From: Desulfobacteraceae bacterium
Lineage (GTDB): Bacteria > Desulfobacterota > DSM-4660 > Desulfatiglandales > HGW-15
Direction: 5' to 3'
DNA: 50,845 nucleotides
Assembly (NCBI GenBank): GCA_050050615.1
Contig: JASFTV010000001.1
Coordinates: 1-50,845 of the forward strand
Position numbers and translations under genes: made by a program. How positions within the stretch are numbered: position 1 is the first letter of the stretch; every line of letters begins with the position of its first letter. The notes under the pieces are model-generated. The model was not told the DNA's origin. It ran no database searches and saw only the letters and a list, made by a program, of their open reading frames with translations. Shown one piece after another: positions 32,400-42,267 of the stretch.

Positions 32400-34400
32400 A
32401 TGAGATTTCTTAGCAGGAAGGAGAACCTTGGGGTCTTTTTTTCGAGCAGCTTGCTGATTGTGTTTATCGGCTACCTCCTGTGGGCCAACTATCTGTCCCA
32501 GAAAGCACTCGAGAAATCCGCTCTAAAGGAGCTGGGACACCAAATCAAGATGATGGCTAACACGGTCGGTTATTTCTACTCCGAGCGGAAAAATGATCTG
32601 GAATATCTTGCGGCGAGAGAGGAAATTTTCGTGTTTTTTGAAAAGCAGGCGTCCGGAATGTCGATGGACAATGAGTTGCAAGAGAGTGTGTCCGCAATAC
32701 AGGAGAGCTTCAAACGCCTTTTGGAATCCAGGAAAGTCGGTCACGAGCCGATCTATAACCGACTTGCTCTTGTGGAGCGAAATGGGAAACTGCTTGCTGA
32801 CACGCAATCGGCGAAGTCAATTGGGGACAAAACCAGGTACTGGGGAAAATACCTCAACCCGGACAGCTCAGGCAATGTGATCGATGTCGAACATGACGGG
32901 CGGTCGGTGGAGGTAGTGCTCACCCTGCCCTGCGTTTTCAGAAACCGGTATCTCGGACAAGTCATCGCATGGATATCACACGATACGGTTTACAAGCATT
33001 TCATCATGGACCAGGCAGGTTCAAGCTGGATGCGGTTTACTTACATAGATTGCCTGGGGTTGCACCTTCACGATGGTACAGGGAACACTTTAGAACCAGC
33101 CTCTTTGGGTCTCCCAGACCACGACACGCTAAGAGGCGTCGCTGAAAACGGGGAGCCGTATCGTTTTAGGAAACTGTCTCCAGAGAACGAAGAGAAGGAG
33201 ATGGTCGCATACATCGCTCAAATTCAGGGGACGCCTTTCTCTATGATCAGCGTCCTACCGATTTCTGAGGTATACGGGTTCAAAAACCCGTGGCAACTGC
33301 TGCTGGAGATGGGCGCTTTAGCCCTGATGGTCCTTGCAGGGACGGCGTCTCTGTTTCAGATAAAAACGCGGAATCTGCTTCTTCAGGCCCGTCTTGAAGA
33401 GTCGGACAAGAGGGAGAGAGACATTCACCAAATAAATGCGGAGCTCCAAAAAGAAATCATGGAACGCCAGAGGGTGGGGGAGGCTCTGGAGAAATACAAA
33501 GAAAAACTGGAAGAGATGGTTGAGGCCCGAACTGCTGAACTTGAAGAAGCACAGAATGTTTTTGTGAACAGAGCGATGGAGGCTGGCCGGGCACAGCTTT
33601 CGGCCATGGTCCTTCACAATATTGGCAATGCCATAACGCCGGTTAAAGTCTATACGGAAGGGATGAAAGCGAGTGACCTAGAGCGTTTGCTGGGTTATCT
33701 TGAGAGCTGCTATCTGGATCTCAGCGAGCATGCCCCCGACGTACAACGCTATGTAAATGATGATCCAAAGGGCAAAGAGGTGTTTTCTTATATGGGGAAA
33801 CTGATCAATTTCTTGAAGAAACACGCCGACGAAAAGGCCATGGCGGTCAACAAGATACATGGGGCTGTGACCTATATATCTGACATTCTCACTTTACAGC
33901 AGAGCTATGCCGCAAAGGAACGGGAGATTAAGGAACAGACGGATCTGAATCATTTGATCGGCCACGCTCTTCATATGCAAGGCATTGCACTGGAAAAAAG
34001 GGGAATTGTCGTAAAGAAGGATCTTCAAAGCGATTTGCCAAAGGTTCTGATAGACAAGGGCAGACTGATGCAGGCCCTTGTAAATTTCATCAAAAACAGC
34101 TATGAAGCGATCGATGAATTGGAGGATGAAAGCGAACAAAGGGTCATCACCCTGAAAACCTTTGCGGACAATGGCCAAGTGTGCATTCAAATAACGGACA
34201 CCGGTGTCGGGTTAAAGCCGAACGATACAGGGGCAATGTTTGAGTTTGGGAAGTCCCATAAAGGGTCTTCTGGCGTTGGCCTCTACTATTGCAAAATGTT
34301 CATAGAGGCTAATAGGGGGACAGTGACGATCACGAGTCCCGGCAAGGGAAAAGGGACGACGGTGGTGGTTCGTCTACCCTCCGAAGAGGTTGACTCATAA
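32400..34400 (+). CDS. Membrane sensor histidine kinase (extracytoplasmic sensor, coiled coil, HATPase_c)
   Basis: Track ORF 32382-34400 starts at a TTG; the ATG is at 32400. There are two hydrophobic segments flanking a ~290-aa loop, a coiled coil, an H-box-like VLHNIGNAITP, and the ATPase motifs NFIKNSYEAI, DTGVGL and GSSGVGL. Confidence 0.85.
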   Translation: MRFLSRKENLGVFFSSSLLIVFIGYLLWANYLSQKALEKSALKELGHQIKMMANTVGYFYSERKNDLEYLAAREEIFVFFEKQASGMSMDNELQESVSAIQESFKRLLESRKVGHEPIYNRLALVERNGKLLADTQSAKSIGDKTRYWGKYLNPDSSGNVIDVEHDGRSVEVVLTLPCVFRNRYLGQVIAWISHDTVYKHFIMDQAGSSWMRFTYIDCLGLHLHDGTGNTLEPASLGLPDHDTLRGVAENGEPYRFRKLSPENEEKEMVAYIAQIQGTPFSMISVLPISEVYGFKNPWQLLLEMGALALMVLAGTASLFQIKTRNLLLQARLEESDKRERDIHQINAELQKEIMERQRVGEALEKYKEKLEEMVEARTAELEEAQNVFVNRAMEAGRAQLSAMVLHNIGNAITPVKVYTEGMKASDLERLLGYLESCYLDLSEHAPDVQRYVNDDPKGKEVFSYMGKLINFLKKHADEKAMAVNKIHGAVTYISDILTLQQSYAAKEREIKEQTDLNHLIGHALHMQGIALEKRGIVVKKDLQSDLPKVLIDKGRLMQALVNFIKNSYEAIDELEDESEQRVITLKTFADNGQVCIQITDTGVGLKPNDTGAMFEFGKSHKGSSGVGLYYCKMFIEANRGTVTITSPGKGKGTTVVVRLPSEEVDS

Positions 34401-34411
34401 GGAGCTCGCAA

Positions 34412-35815
34412 GTGAAGGAGAACAAGCGAATATTGGTTGCGGATGACGATTCAGGGGTGAGGGATTCTTATGTGGATATCTTAGCCCCCACTCCCACAAA
34501 AGAGATTATGCTAAAGGGCGCTTCCCTTTTTGGCAAAAAAGGAGGATCGGACGAAGGCGTCTTTCCGGAGCTCTATGACCTTACCCTGGTTGACAGAGGG
34601 GAGAAGGCCCTGGAGGCGGTAAAGGAGTCCGTGAAAAAACGGCGGCCCTTTGCTGGCGCATTTATCGACATGAAGATGCCCGGCATCGATGGTGCGGAGA
34701 CAGCGAGGCGAATGTGGGCCATCGATCCCCGGGTAAAAATCGTCATCGTCACCGCTTACAGTGAATTCACGCCAGATGAAATCATCCAGGTGACCGGCAG
34801 AGATGATATCTTTTACCTCCGTAAACCCTTCAACCCGGAAGAGATAAGACAGTTCGCCAGGGCCTTTACAGACCAGTGGCGCCTTGAGCGAGAAAGGGAC
34901 TCGCTTGCCAACAAACTGAAAAAGGCGAACAAAGAGCTGGAGGACATCAACAAGAACCTCCAGAAAAAGGTGCAAGAGCAAGCATCATTACTCATCCAAT
35001 CGGAGAAAATGGCCTCAATCGGGATCCTTGCTGCCGGGGTTGCCCACGAGATCAACAATCCGATTTCCTTCGTGAACAGCAATCTCTCAACGCTGTGGAC
35101 CTATGTTTTGAAGATCAACAAACTCCTTCAAGAGTATGCGGCCTTGGAGACTTGCATCGATGGGGGTGACATCGAAAATCTCCCTGCAAGGGTTGCAGGG
35201 ATTAGGAGTCTTAAGGATAAGCAAAAGATCAAGTTCATCCTGGATGATATCGGACAAATGATTGAAGAATCCCTGGATGGGACACGGCGGGTCCAAGAGA
35301 TTGTACGAGACCTGAGGACTTATTCCCGGGTCGACCAGACCGAACTTAAGGAGATCGACTTGAACAGCCTCATAGACGACACGCTCAAACTGATGGGCAA
35401 TCAATTGAAATACAAGGTTGAAGTCGTCAAAGATTATGGCGCCCTGCCGAAAGTTCGATGTTTCTCCCAAAAGATAACCCAAGTTTTTGTTAATCTCCTG
35501 CTCAATGCCGTCCAAGCCATCAAACAAAAAGGGAGTATCAAAATATCTACCCGATACATCAAGGATGGCCGCAGAGCTGAGGATCCTAAGGTGGAGATAA
35601 GGTTATCAGATACAGGCTGCGGCATTTCCAAAAAGGATATTTCAAAAATATTTGACCCCTTCTTCACGACCAAGTCTGTGGCACAGGGGACGGGTCTTGG
35701 GCTGAGTATCGTCTACGACATCATAAAAGCCCATGGAGGTAAGATCATGGTCCAAAGCGAGGAGGGGGTAGGGACGACCTTTGCCATAAGGTTACCCTTG
35801 AAAGCGAAACTGTGA
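34412..35815 (+). CDS. Hybrid response regulator-histidine kinase (REC + HisKA + HATPase_c)
   Basis: 467 aa with a GTG start. The receiver has ILVADDD, DMKMPGIDG and LRKPF. The H-box is GVAHEINNPI. The ATPase motifs are LLNAVQA, DTGCGI and GTGLGLS. Confidence 0.88.
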   Translation: MKENKRILVADDDSGVRDSYVDILAPTPTKEIMLKGASLFGKKGGSDEGVFPELYDLTLVDRGEKALEAVKESVKKRRPFAGAFIDMKMPGIDGAETARRMWAIDPRVKIVIVTAYSEFTPDEIIQVTGRDDIFYLRKPFNPEEIRQFARAFTDQWRLERERDSLANKLKKANKELEDINKNLQKKVQEQASLLIQSEKMASIGILAAGVAHEINNPISFVNSNLSTLWTYVLKINKLLQEYAALETCIDGGDIENLPARVAGIRSLKDKQKIKFILDDIGQMIEESLDGTRRVQEIVRDLRTYSRVDQTELKEIDLNSLIDDTLKLMGNQLKYKVEVVKDYGALPKVRCFSQKITQVFVNLLLNAVQAIKQKGSIKISTRYIKDGRRAEDPKVEIRLSDTGCGISKKDISKIFDPFFTTKSVAQGTGLGLSIVYDIIKAHGGKIMVQSEEGVGTTFAIRLPLKAKL

Positions 35816-35914
35816 TACCCGGACCTGCCAAAACTGAAAGAGAATCGGACGATGCGGAGCCTTGAGCCCCCTTCGAGGGGGCTTACTGATGCCTCTAGCT
35901 CTGCGGGAGGAGAC

Positions 35915-36892
35915 TCACCGGGCATTTCTTCTTCCAGCCCAAAAGTTTAAGAAGAAGACCACCAAGAAACCGAGAACTGCCAGACAGATGGCTATCGTCA
36001 CCTCCGCGTTCCAGTGGGAAGGAAGGGTGTTGGCCTGCACTACAACAGAATGCCCTCCATCAGCTGCTGTTGCGCTTTCTAACGTTTTTTTCCAAGGCCA
36101 TACCTTTCTTAGGGCCCCGAGCATCAACCCGGTTAGAACAGCAATGGTCACATCCCGGTGTTTTCTTAGAAGCCAATTCAAGAGACGGACGAAGGTGATG
36201 AGTCCGATCGCGGCACCGGATGCGGCCAGCGCAAGGGTTAGAAGATCCCGGTCATTCACTGCGCTGAGGAGATACTCGTATTTCCCCATGAGGACCAGAA
36301 TGAAAGAACCGGATATGCCGGGCAAAATCATCGCGCATATGGCGACAGCGCCGCTTAGCAATAGGAACCAGGGTGTTTCAGGCGTAGATACAGGCACCAT
36401 GCCGACAAGAATGTAGGCCCCTACAGCTCCCAGAAACATCCATGCGGTTTTTGAAAGATGCCATTTCTCCAAGTGACGTCCCACCGTGAACACCGAGGCA
36501 AGGATAAGACCGAAGAAGAAAGACCAGATAAATACAGGTCGATTTTCGAGTAGCCAGCTTAGGATTCTGGCCAAGGAAAAGATGGCTATGAAAATGCCCA
36601 AGAGCAATGCAAGAAGGAATTGCCAGGAGACAGCATCCATAGCCGCCCTCCACCTAAGCGAAAGCAAGCGCTTCACAAAATTCAGATCAAAAGACCGGAT
36701 GGATTCTATGAGCTCTTCATAGATGCCCAGAATAAAGGCCATGGTGCCGCCCGACACCCCTGGAACCACATCAGCTGCCCCCATGCAGAAACCTTTTACG
36801 GTAATTCCGATATAACTGAGAATCGAGCGCGCAGACCTAGGGTTATCTTTTTTCAATGGCTCTTTCCTCGTTTGAATGACGATCACGAACAA
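35915..36892 (-). CDS. DUF368 family membrane protein (PopT-type polyprenyl-phosphate transporter family)
   Basis: 325 aa and polytopic. GAADVVPGVSGGTMAFILGIYE and PGISGSFILVLMGKYE are the duplicated DUF368 signature. There is a 10-nt overlap with the upstream gene. Confidence 0.75.
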   Translation of the reverse strand: MFVIVIQTRKEPLKKDNPRSARSILSYIGITVKGFCMGAADVVPGVSGGTMAFILGIYEELIESIRSFDLNFVKRLLSLRWRAAMDAVSWQFLLALLLGIFIAIFSLARILSWLLENRPVFIWSFFFGLILASVFTVGRHLEKWHLSKTAWMFLGAVGAYILVGMVPVSTPETPWFLLLSGAVAICAMILPGISGSFILVLMGKYEYLLSAVNDRDLLTLALAASGAAIGLITFVRLLNWLLRKHRDVTIAVLTGLMLGALRKVWPWKKTLESATAADGGHSVVVQANTLPSHWNAEVTIAICLAVLGFLVVFFLNFWAGRRNAR

Positions 36893-38469
36893 TTCCCAAG
36901 TAAAGGCTGATGTTCCTTGCGCAGTAGATCAAGGACCGTTTTTACCGGATTAAAGGTGATGATAGGAACTTCCACAAAGACCGTATTCCACTTTGCCATG
37001 GAGCCGTTCCAAAGGCCTGGAAGCTCAAGCGCCTTTAACTCTCTTCCCTCTTTAGACTTGATGGATATGAAGCCCGTATTGGGATCTACAAAATCAGCCA
37101 GATTAAAAGGCTTTCCCAAATAATCACGAACCCCGCAAACGAGATCAACGGGATTGAAATATGCAGAAGAATGCCAAATGCTCCGCTGTAGCGGCGATTT
37201 CATATTCACTTGAGACGCCTCGACGATCTGAACAGATGCACCTTTATCCTCATGTTCCACCCAAAAGGGCCCTCCTCCCGGTTCTCCTACGTTTTTGACC
37301 GCACCACAAACCCTCAAAGGCCTGTTTAGTTTTTGGAAAAGAAAATCTATTTTTTCATCTCTTGATTGGTTCTCCATGCTTTCAGACGGAACAGTGTTTA
37401 GTCGACGCCTGGCAAATTCAGTGATCTCATTGAGTAGGGCCTCATCTACCTCTCTTGTTGAGAGCCTCTTAAGATAAAGGAAGATCTCGTTTTGCAGCTC
37501 AATGAGATAACCGCCCAAGGCCCTCTTGTAAGTGTATGTAACCTGTTTGAGGCTGTCAGGAACCACGTTGTCTATGTTCTTCATGAAGATGATATCTTCC
37601 TCTAATTCGCTGAGATTTTTCAGCAGGGCCCCATGGCCTCCAGGCCGAAAGACGAGTTTTCCGTGCTTATCGCGAAATGGCTTGTTGTCCATGTCTACAG
37701 CTATAGTGTCCGTGGATGGACTTTGCTGGGAAAAGCTCAAGTCATATGTAATCCCGGACGCTTCATAGGCGGGGCGGACTTTTTCTATGTGTTTCCGTAT
37801 GGCCGCTTCGTGTTCAGGAGAGACGGTAAAATGAAGACGGACACGCCTGTTTCCGTCCTGCACGTAAGCTGCTGCCTCCACCAAGTGCTCTTCAAAGGGT
37901 GTGCGCGCGCGCTTCGGGTAAAGATGGAACTTGACGAGTCCCTTGGGAAGGCTGGCGAGGTTGAGTCCTTTAGGCGTCAACAAATATTCCAAAAGGGGTT
38001 TGTACTCCCCTGCGGATATGAGGTCCTCTGTATCCAACCCATCCTTGGCCATGGCCGCTTTCAGATCGTCGTAGAAGGCAAATTTTTTTATTGCCTTGAG
38101 AAAGTCAAGAAAAAGCACATGATCACGATCATTCTTCTCAGCGTGAACGGCGATAAGCTTTTCATCAATCTTGTTGTAGCGATTGTTAAAAGAGAGCAAC
38201 AACTTAAACATGCGAGTGGCAGCTCCTGAGGCGGGCACAAATTTCATCACCCTTCCAGATTGAGCGGCACGGGCATGAATCGTGGACAGCCTTTCAAGAT
38301 CCGCTTCACCTAAAGCATGGATTCCATCGCCCACGGTGCAGGGCCGCTTCAGCCTTGCATAGGGGAACCCCCTTCTAAATATCTCAATTTGCTCAACGAC
38401 TTTTTCCGGCGTCAGCCCTTTATCTTTGATTTGGCGAAGATCCTCTTCATTAAACAATGAGCCGACCAT
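36883..38469 (-). CDS. DUF4301 family protein (nucleotidyltransferase-like fold suspected)
   Basis: Track ORF 36883-38517. ATG 38469 follows AGGAGGG. The N-terminus ...EEDLRQIKDKGLTPEKVVEQIEIFRRGFPY...KFVPASGAATRMFK matches my memory of DUF4301. Confidence 0.65.
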   Translation of the reverse strand: MVGSLFNEEDLRQIKDKGLTPEKVVEQIEIFRRGFPYARLKRPCTVGDGIHALGEADLERLSTIHARAAQSGRVMKFVPASGAATRMFKLLLSFNNRYNKIDEKLIAVHAEKNDRDHVLFLDFLKAIKKFAFYDDLKAAMAKDGLDTEDLISAGEYKPLLEYLLTPKGLNLASLPKGLVKFHLYPKRARTPFEEHLVEAAAYVQDGNRRVRLHFTVSPEHEAAIRKHIEKVRPAYEASGITYDLSFSQQSPSTDTIAVDMDNKPFRDKHGKLVFRPGGHGALLKNLSELEEDIIFMKNIDNVVPDSLKQVTYTYKRALGGYLIELQNEIFLYLKRLSTREVDEALLNEITEFARRRLNTVPSESMENQSRDEKIDFLFQKLNRPLRVCGAVKNVGEPGGGPFWVEHEDKGASVQIVEASQVNMKSPLQRSIWHSSAYFNPVDLVCGVRDYLGKPFNLADFVDPNTGFISIKSKEGRELKALELPGLWNGSMAKWNTVFVEVPIITFNPVKTVLDLLRKEHQPLLGNCS

Positions 38470-38770
38470 CAAGTTCCCTCCTGTTGGATCAGCACAAGCG
38501 TTTTTCTTCAACCGCACGGAAAAGGGCAGGTGGAGCGGAAGATTCTCGATCGGTTTTCAAACCGCGAGGCCACAGAACCGTCGAACGTGGTGAAAAATCA
38601 TTGCGTGGAGAATATTGAAAACCTCGTTCAGTGTCAATCCTTTACAGGTATGACCCGGCAAGCGAAAATAAAAGGGCTTGTCTATTGTCTGATAATATTT
38701 TAAAAATTGTTATGAATGGCTTGGCAGATCAAAGACTTCTGAGGCCTGATTTAGGCCGGGGGAAAAACCC

Positions 38771-40135
38771 TTGAACGATACCGGCTTCTTGTTCGAAAAG
38801 GAAAAGACCAAAATTTACACGGTCAGTGCTCTCACTGAAGAGATCAAGGATCTGCTGGAGGGGACCTTTGACTTTATCTGGGTAGAGGGCGAAATCTCCA
38901 ATTTCAGGGTTCCCTCTTCAGGACATTATTATATGGTCCTTAAGGATGAAAAGACTCAGATCAGAGCCATTATGTTCCGCCCCCAGACCCGATATCTGAA
39001 ATTTGTGCCGGAAGACGGGATGAAGGTCATTGTTCAGGGCAGAGTGGCTGTGTACGAGCCGCGAGGGGAATATCAGATTATCCTGGATTACCTGGAACCC
39101 CTGGGGGTGGGCGCCCTCGCGCTTGCCTTTGAGCAGCTCAAGAAGAAGCTTGCTGTCCAGGGTATTTTTGATGAAGAAGTAAAAAAACCCTTGCCGTTTC
39201 TTCCCCAAAGGGTGGCGGTCATTACATCTCCGACCGGCGCCGCCATCCGGGACTTCTTGAGAGTCATTCAACGTCGGTTTGCCAATATCGAGATTATCAT
39301 CATTCCGGTAAAGGTGCAGGGGGATGAAGCGGCTGCGGAGATGGTGGAAGCTCTGGAGATCGTTCATCGAGAACTGGACGCGGATGTCATTGTCCTGACC
39401 AGGGGAGGCGGTTCGTTGGAGGATCTTTGGGCCTTTAATCAGGAGGAACTGGCCCTTGCTATTAGGGCGTCCCGGATTCCTGTGGTATCGGCCGTTGGCC
39501 ACGAGATTGATACCACCATTTCCGACTTGGCCGCTGATCTTCGAGCGCCCACGCCTTCAGCGGCTGCTGAAATTTTGGTCGTAGAAAAGGAGGCTTTGGA
39601 AGAGCGCCTCCGGCAATTTGGCGGCCGACTCCAAATAAGCTTGAAGAATTCCCTGGTAAACCTGAACCAGAGATTGTCCCTTCTGGCAAAAAGACTCCGG
39701 GATCCCCGGAGACAGTTAGCGGATTTGTGGATTTATCTTGATGAACTCAATAGCCGGCTCATCAGGCTGACGGGTCTCATGATCAAGGATCGAAAAAGAG
39801 TGCTAAGCGCAGAAGAGCGTGCCCTCGTGCTCCATTCCCCCATGAAAATGTTGGCTGCTTTGGGGCAGAAAATAGATTTTCAGAAACGTTCGCTAACCTT
39901 TATGATTGTGAGGCGGCTCAAGGATTATCGGATGAGCCTTTCTTTTTTGGAGGAGAAAATCAAGGATATCAGCCCTCTTTCCGTACTGAAAAGGGGATAT
40001 TCCATTACGCGAAAACTTCCGGAAAGATGGGTCCTAAGAGAGGCTTCGCGGGTTAAGAAGGGGGATCAGGTCAGTGTGACACTTGCCGAAGGGGGGCTTG
40101 AGTGCCGTGTGGAAAAGATCATTTCCGGCACGTGA
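38771..40135 (+). CDS. xseA: Exodeoxyribonuclease VII large subunit
   Basis: 454 aa with a TTG start. Sequence includes VSALTEEIKDLLE...WVEGEISNF...SGHYYMVLKD (OB fold), ITSPTGAAIRD and RGGGSLEDLWAFN. Confidence 0.9.
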   Translation: MNDTGFLFEKEKTKIYTVSALTEEIKDLLEGTFDFIWVEGEISNFRVPSSGHYYMVLKDEKTQIRAIMFRPQTRYLKFVPEDGMKVIVQGRVAVYEPRGEYQIILDYLEPLGVGALALAFEQLKKKLAVQGIFDEEVKKPLPFLPQRVAVITSPTGAAIRDFLRVIQRRFANIEIIIIPVKVQGDEAAAEMVEALEIVHRELDADVIVLTRGGGSLEDLWAFNQEELALAIRASRIPVVSAVGHEIDTTISDLAADLRAPTPSAAAEILVVEKEALEERLRQFGGRLQISLKNSLVNLNQRLSLLAKRLRDPRRQLADLWIYLDELNSRLIRLTGLMIKDRKRVLSAEERALVLHSPMKMLAALGQKIDFQKRSLTFMIVRRLKDYRMSLSFLEEKIKDISPLSVLKRGYSITRKLPERWVLREASRVKKGDQVSVTLAEGGLECRVEKIISGT

Positions 40136-40214
40136 AGCGATCAGCGCTAGGCTGTGAATCTCCCCTTTGTTTTGAGAAGATGCATTTTCATATACCACTT
40201 GTAGGCAATCCAAA

Positions 40215-41132
40215 ATGACTATGAACGGCAGAAAACGACAGGAGCGGGCGGTAAACATCGTGAGATCTGTGGCCATCATAATGGTTTTCCTAGGATTTCA
40301 GCCCCTTCTGATGAGCCCGAAGGTCATGGGCGGATCCGAACCGAAAGTCTCTGTTTCCTCCAGGAACATTCCCCAGGGAGATCTGGGCCTGATCAGGGTT
40401 GAGGTGGGGAAGGGAGAGATCCCCCAGGTGACATGGATGGGTGAGAAGGTCCATATGGTCCCAAACGACCAGGAGAGGACGTGGCGTGGATTCCTTGGCG
40501 TAGACCTTAAAGCAAAGCCCGGAACTTATCCTCTTTACGTAGAGATCCTCCCCGCAGGCGGTGAAAAAAACACGGAGATCCATGTGGAACAGAAACGGTA
40601 CGGTGTGCGTCGGTTGACCCTCCCAAGAGAGATGGTGGCGTTGGATGCACCGACCCTCGAAAGGGTCAAAGAAGAGGCGAGAACCATGAGAGCGTTGTGG
40701 GAGGCTCCGGCCTCAATAGCAGCCTGGAGTGGACCCTTCTTGAGGCCTGTTGAGGGCGAGGTCGTAGGCCCTTTTGGTCGGAGCAGTATCATCAATGAGC
40801 AGCCGAGGACGCCCCATTCGGGAGTAGACCTGAGAGCGGACAGGGGTACGCCCATCAAGGCTATCAACGATGGCAGGGTGGCACTTACCTGTGACCACTT
40901 TTTCAGCGGGCGATCGGTTGTGATTGATCATGGTGGGGGCATTCTGAGTATGTACTTTCATCTGGAAAAGATCCTGGTTCAAAAAGACGAAAAGGTGACC
41001 AAAGGGCAGGTTGTCGGTCTTGTGGGCTCCACCGGGCGTGCCACCGGTCCGCATCTCCACTTTGGGATAAGGGTCAACGGGGCCAGGGTAGATCCATTAA
41101 GATTGGTGTCTCTAAGTGAAGACCTGGAGTGA
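40215..41132 (+). CDS. M23-family metallopeptidase
   Basis: 305 aa with an N-terminal hydrophobic segment, HSGVDLRA, and VGSTGRATGPHLHFGIRVNG. The start is uncertain because there is no clear Shine-Dalgarno. Confidence 0.85.
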   Translation: MTMNGRKRQERAVNIVRSVAIIMVFLGFQPLLMSPKVMGGSEPKVSVSSRNIPQGDLGLIRVEVGKGEIPQVTWMGEKVHMVPNDQERTWRGFLGVDLKAKPGTYPLYVEILPAGGEKNTEIHVEQKRYGVRRLTLPREMVALDAPTLERVKEEARTMRALWEAPASIAAWSGPFLRPVEGEVVGPFGRSSIINEQPRTPHSGVDLRADRGTPIKAINDGRVALTCDHFFSGRSVVIDHGGGILSMYFHLEKILVQKDEKVTKGQVVGLVGSTGRATGPHLHFGIRVNGARVDPLRLVSLSEDLE

Positions 41133-41134
41133 TT

Positions 41135-41374
41135 ATGGCTGAGAAAAAGTTTGAAGAGGCAATGGAAAGATTGGAAGAAATCGTTGAAAGCCTGGAAAGT
41201 GGGGACCTTTCCCTTGAGGAATCTCTCAGGATTTTTGAGGAAGGGATGAAGCTTATCGGGTTCTGTTCCAAGAAACTGGAGCAGGCCGAGCAAAAGGTGA
41301 GTATACTCATCAAAGACAGCGGCGGCAAATTTGCCCAGCAGCCCTTTGAAATGGATGAGAAGGAAGAGAGCTGA
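41135..41374 (+). CDS. xseB: Exodeoxyribonuclease VII small subunit
   Basis: Track ORF 41129-41374; the ATG is at 41135. The N-terminus FEEAMERLEEIVESLESGDLSLEESLRIFEEGMKL is typical of XseB. Confidence 0.9.
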   Translation: MAEKKFEEAMERLEEIVESLESGDLSLEESLRIFEEGMKLIGFCSKKLEQAEQKVSILIKDSGGKFAQQPFEMDEKEES

Positions 41375-41376
41375 GA

Positions 41377-42267
41377 ATGGACCTAAAGCGATATCTCAGC
41401 GAAAAAAGATCGATGGTGGACGAAGCCCTGAGAGAGGTTTTTCCAGAACCGGAGGGGCCTGCGGCCGACGTCGTTAAAGCGATGAGCTACAGCCTTTTTG
41501 CAGGGGGGAAAAGACTGCGGCCCATTCTTTGTATTGCGGGTGCCGAGGCTGTGGGGGGAAAAGGCGAGGATGTCCTGCCTGTTGCATGCGCCCTCGAACT
41601 GATCCATACGTACTCCCTTATCCATGATGATCTCCCTGTGATGGATAATGATGACCTGAGGAGGGGAAAGCCTACCAATCACAGGGTCTTCGGCGAGGCC
41701 GTGGCCCTTCTCGCAGGGGATGGCCTGCTGACAGAGGCATTTCGTTTCATGAGCCGTTCTGGTTTAACGGAGCGGGTGGAGCCCCGTGCCCTGCTCAATG
41801 TCGTTTCTCTCATTGCCCAGGCGGCCGGATACCAGGGCATGGTGGGGGGGCAGACTGTAGATATTCAGTCGGAAGGGAAACAGGTCGAGCCCTCCATTGT
41901 GACGTTCATCCACACTCACAAAACAGGCGCTTTGATAGCGGCCGCGGTCACGTCAGGCGCCATTCTGGGAGGGGCAGAGGAGCAGCAGGTGATGGCGATG
42001 GCCTCCTACGGTCAGAATGTGGGTCTTGCCTTCCAGATTGCCGATGACATCCTTGACATTGAGGGTGACACCGAGAACTTGGGCAAGGGGGTAGGGGGTG
42101 ATGTTCGAAAAAGAAAGATCACCTATCCCGCTGTCCTCGGTCTGGCCGAATCAAAAGAGACCCAGAACGCGTTGGTTGAACAGGCCATCGGTTCCCTCAA
42201 AGCCTTCGATCGCAGGGCAGATCCCCTGAGGGACATAGCAACCTATATCATTGAAAGAAAAAGATGA
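41377..42267 (+). CDS. ispA: Polyprenyl (farnesyl/geranylgeranyl) diphosphate synthase
   Basis: 296 aa with the two Asp-rich motifs [17 protein letters not shown] and QIADDILD. The xseB-ispA-dxs order is the same as in E. coli. Confidence 0.9.
   Translation: MDLKRYLSEKRSMVDEALREVFPEPEGPAADVVKAMSYSLFAGGKRLRPILCIAGAEAVGGKGEDVLPVACALELIHTYSLIHDDLPVMDNDDLRRGKPTNHRVFGEAVALLAGDGLLTEAFRFMSRSGLTERVEPRALLNVVSLIAQAAGYQGMVGGQTVDIQSEGKQVEPSIVTFIHTHKTGALIAAAVTSGAILGGAEEQQVMAMASYGQNVGLAFQIADDILDIEGDTENLGKGVGGDVRKRKITYPAVLGLAESKETQNALVEQAIGSLKAFDRRADPLRDIATYIIERKR

Noticed and set aside
35865-35883. AGCCCCC-TTCGA-GGGGGCT hairpin between the convergent hybrid-kinase and DUF368 genes, considered as an intrinsic terminator
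   Set aside because: The stem is perfect over 7 bp, but no U/T tract follows on either strand, so I did not report it as a terminator feature.
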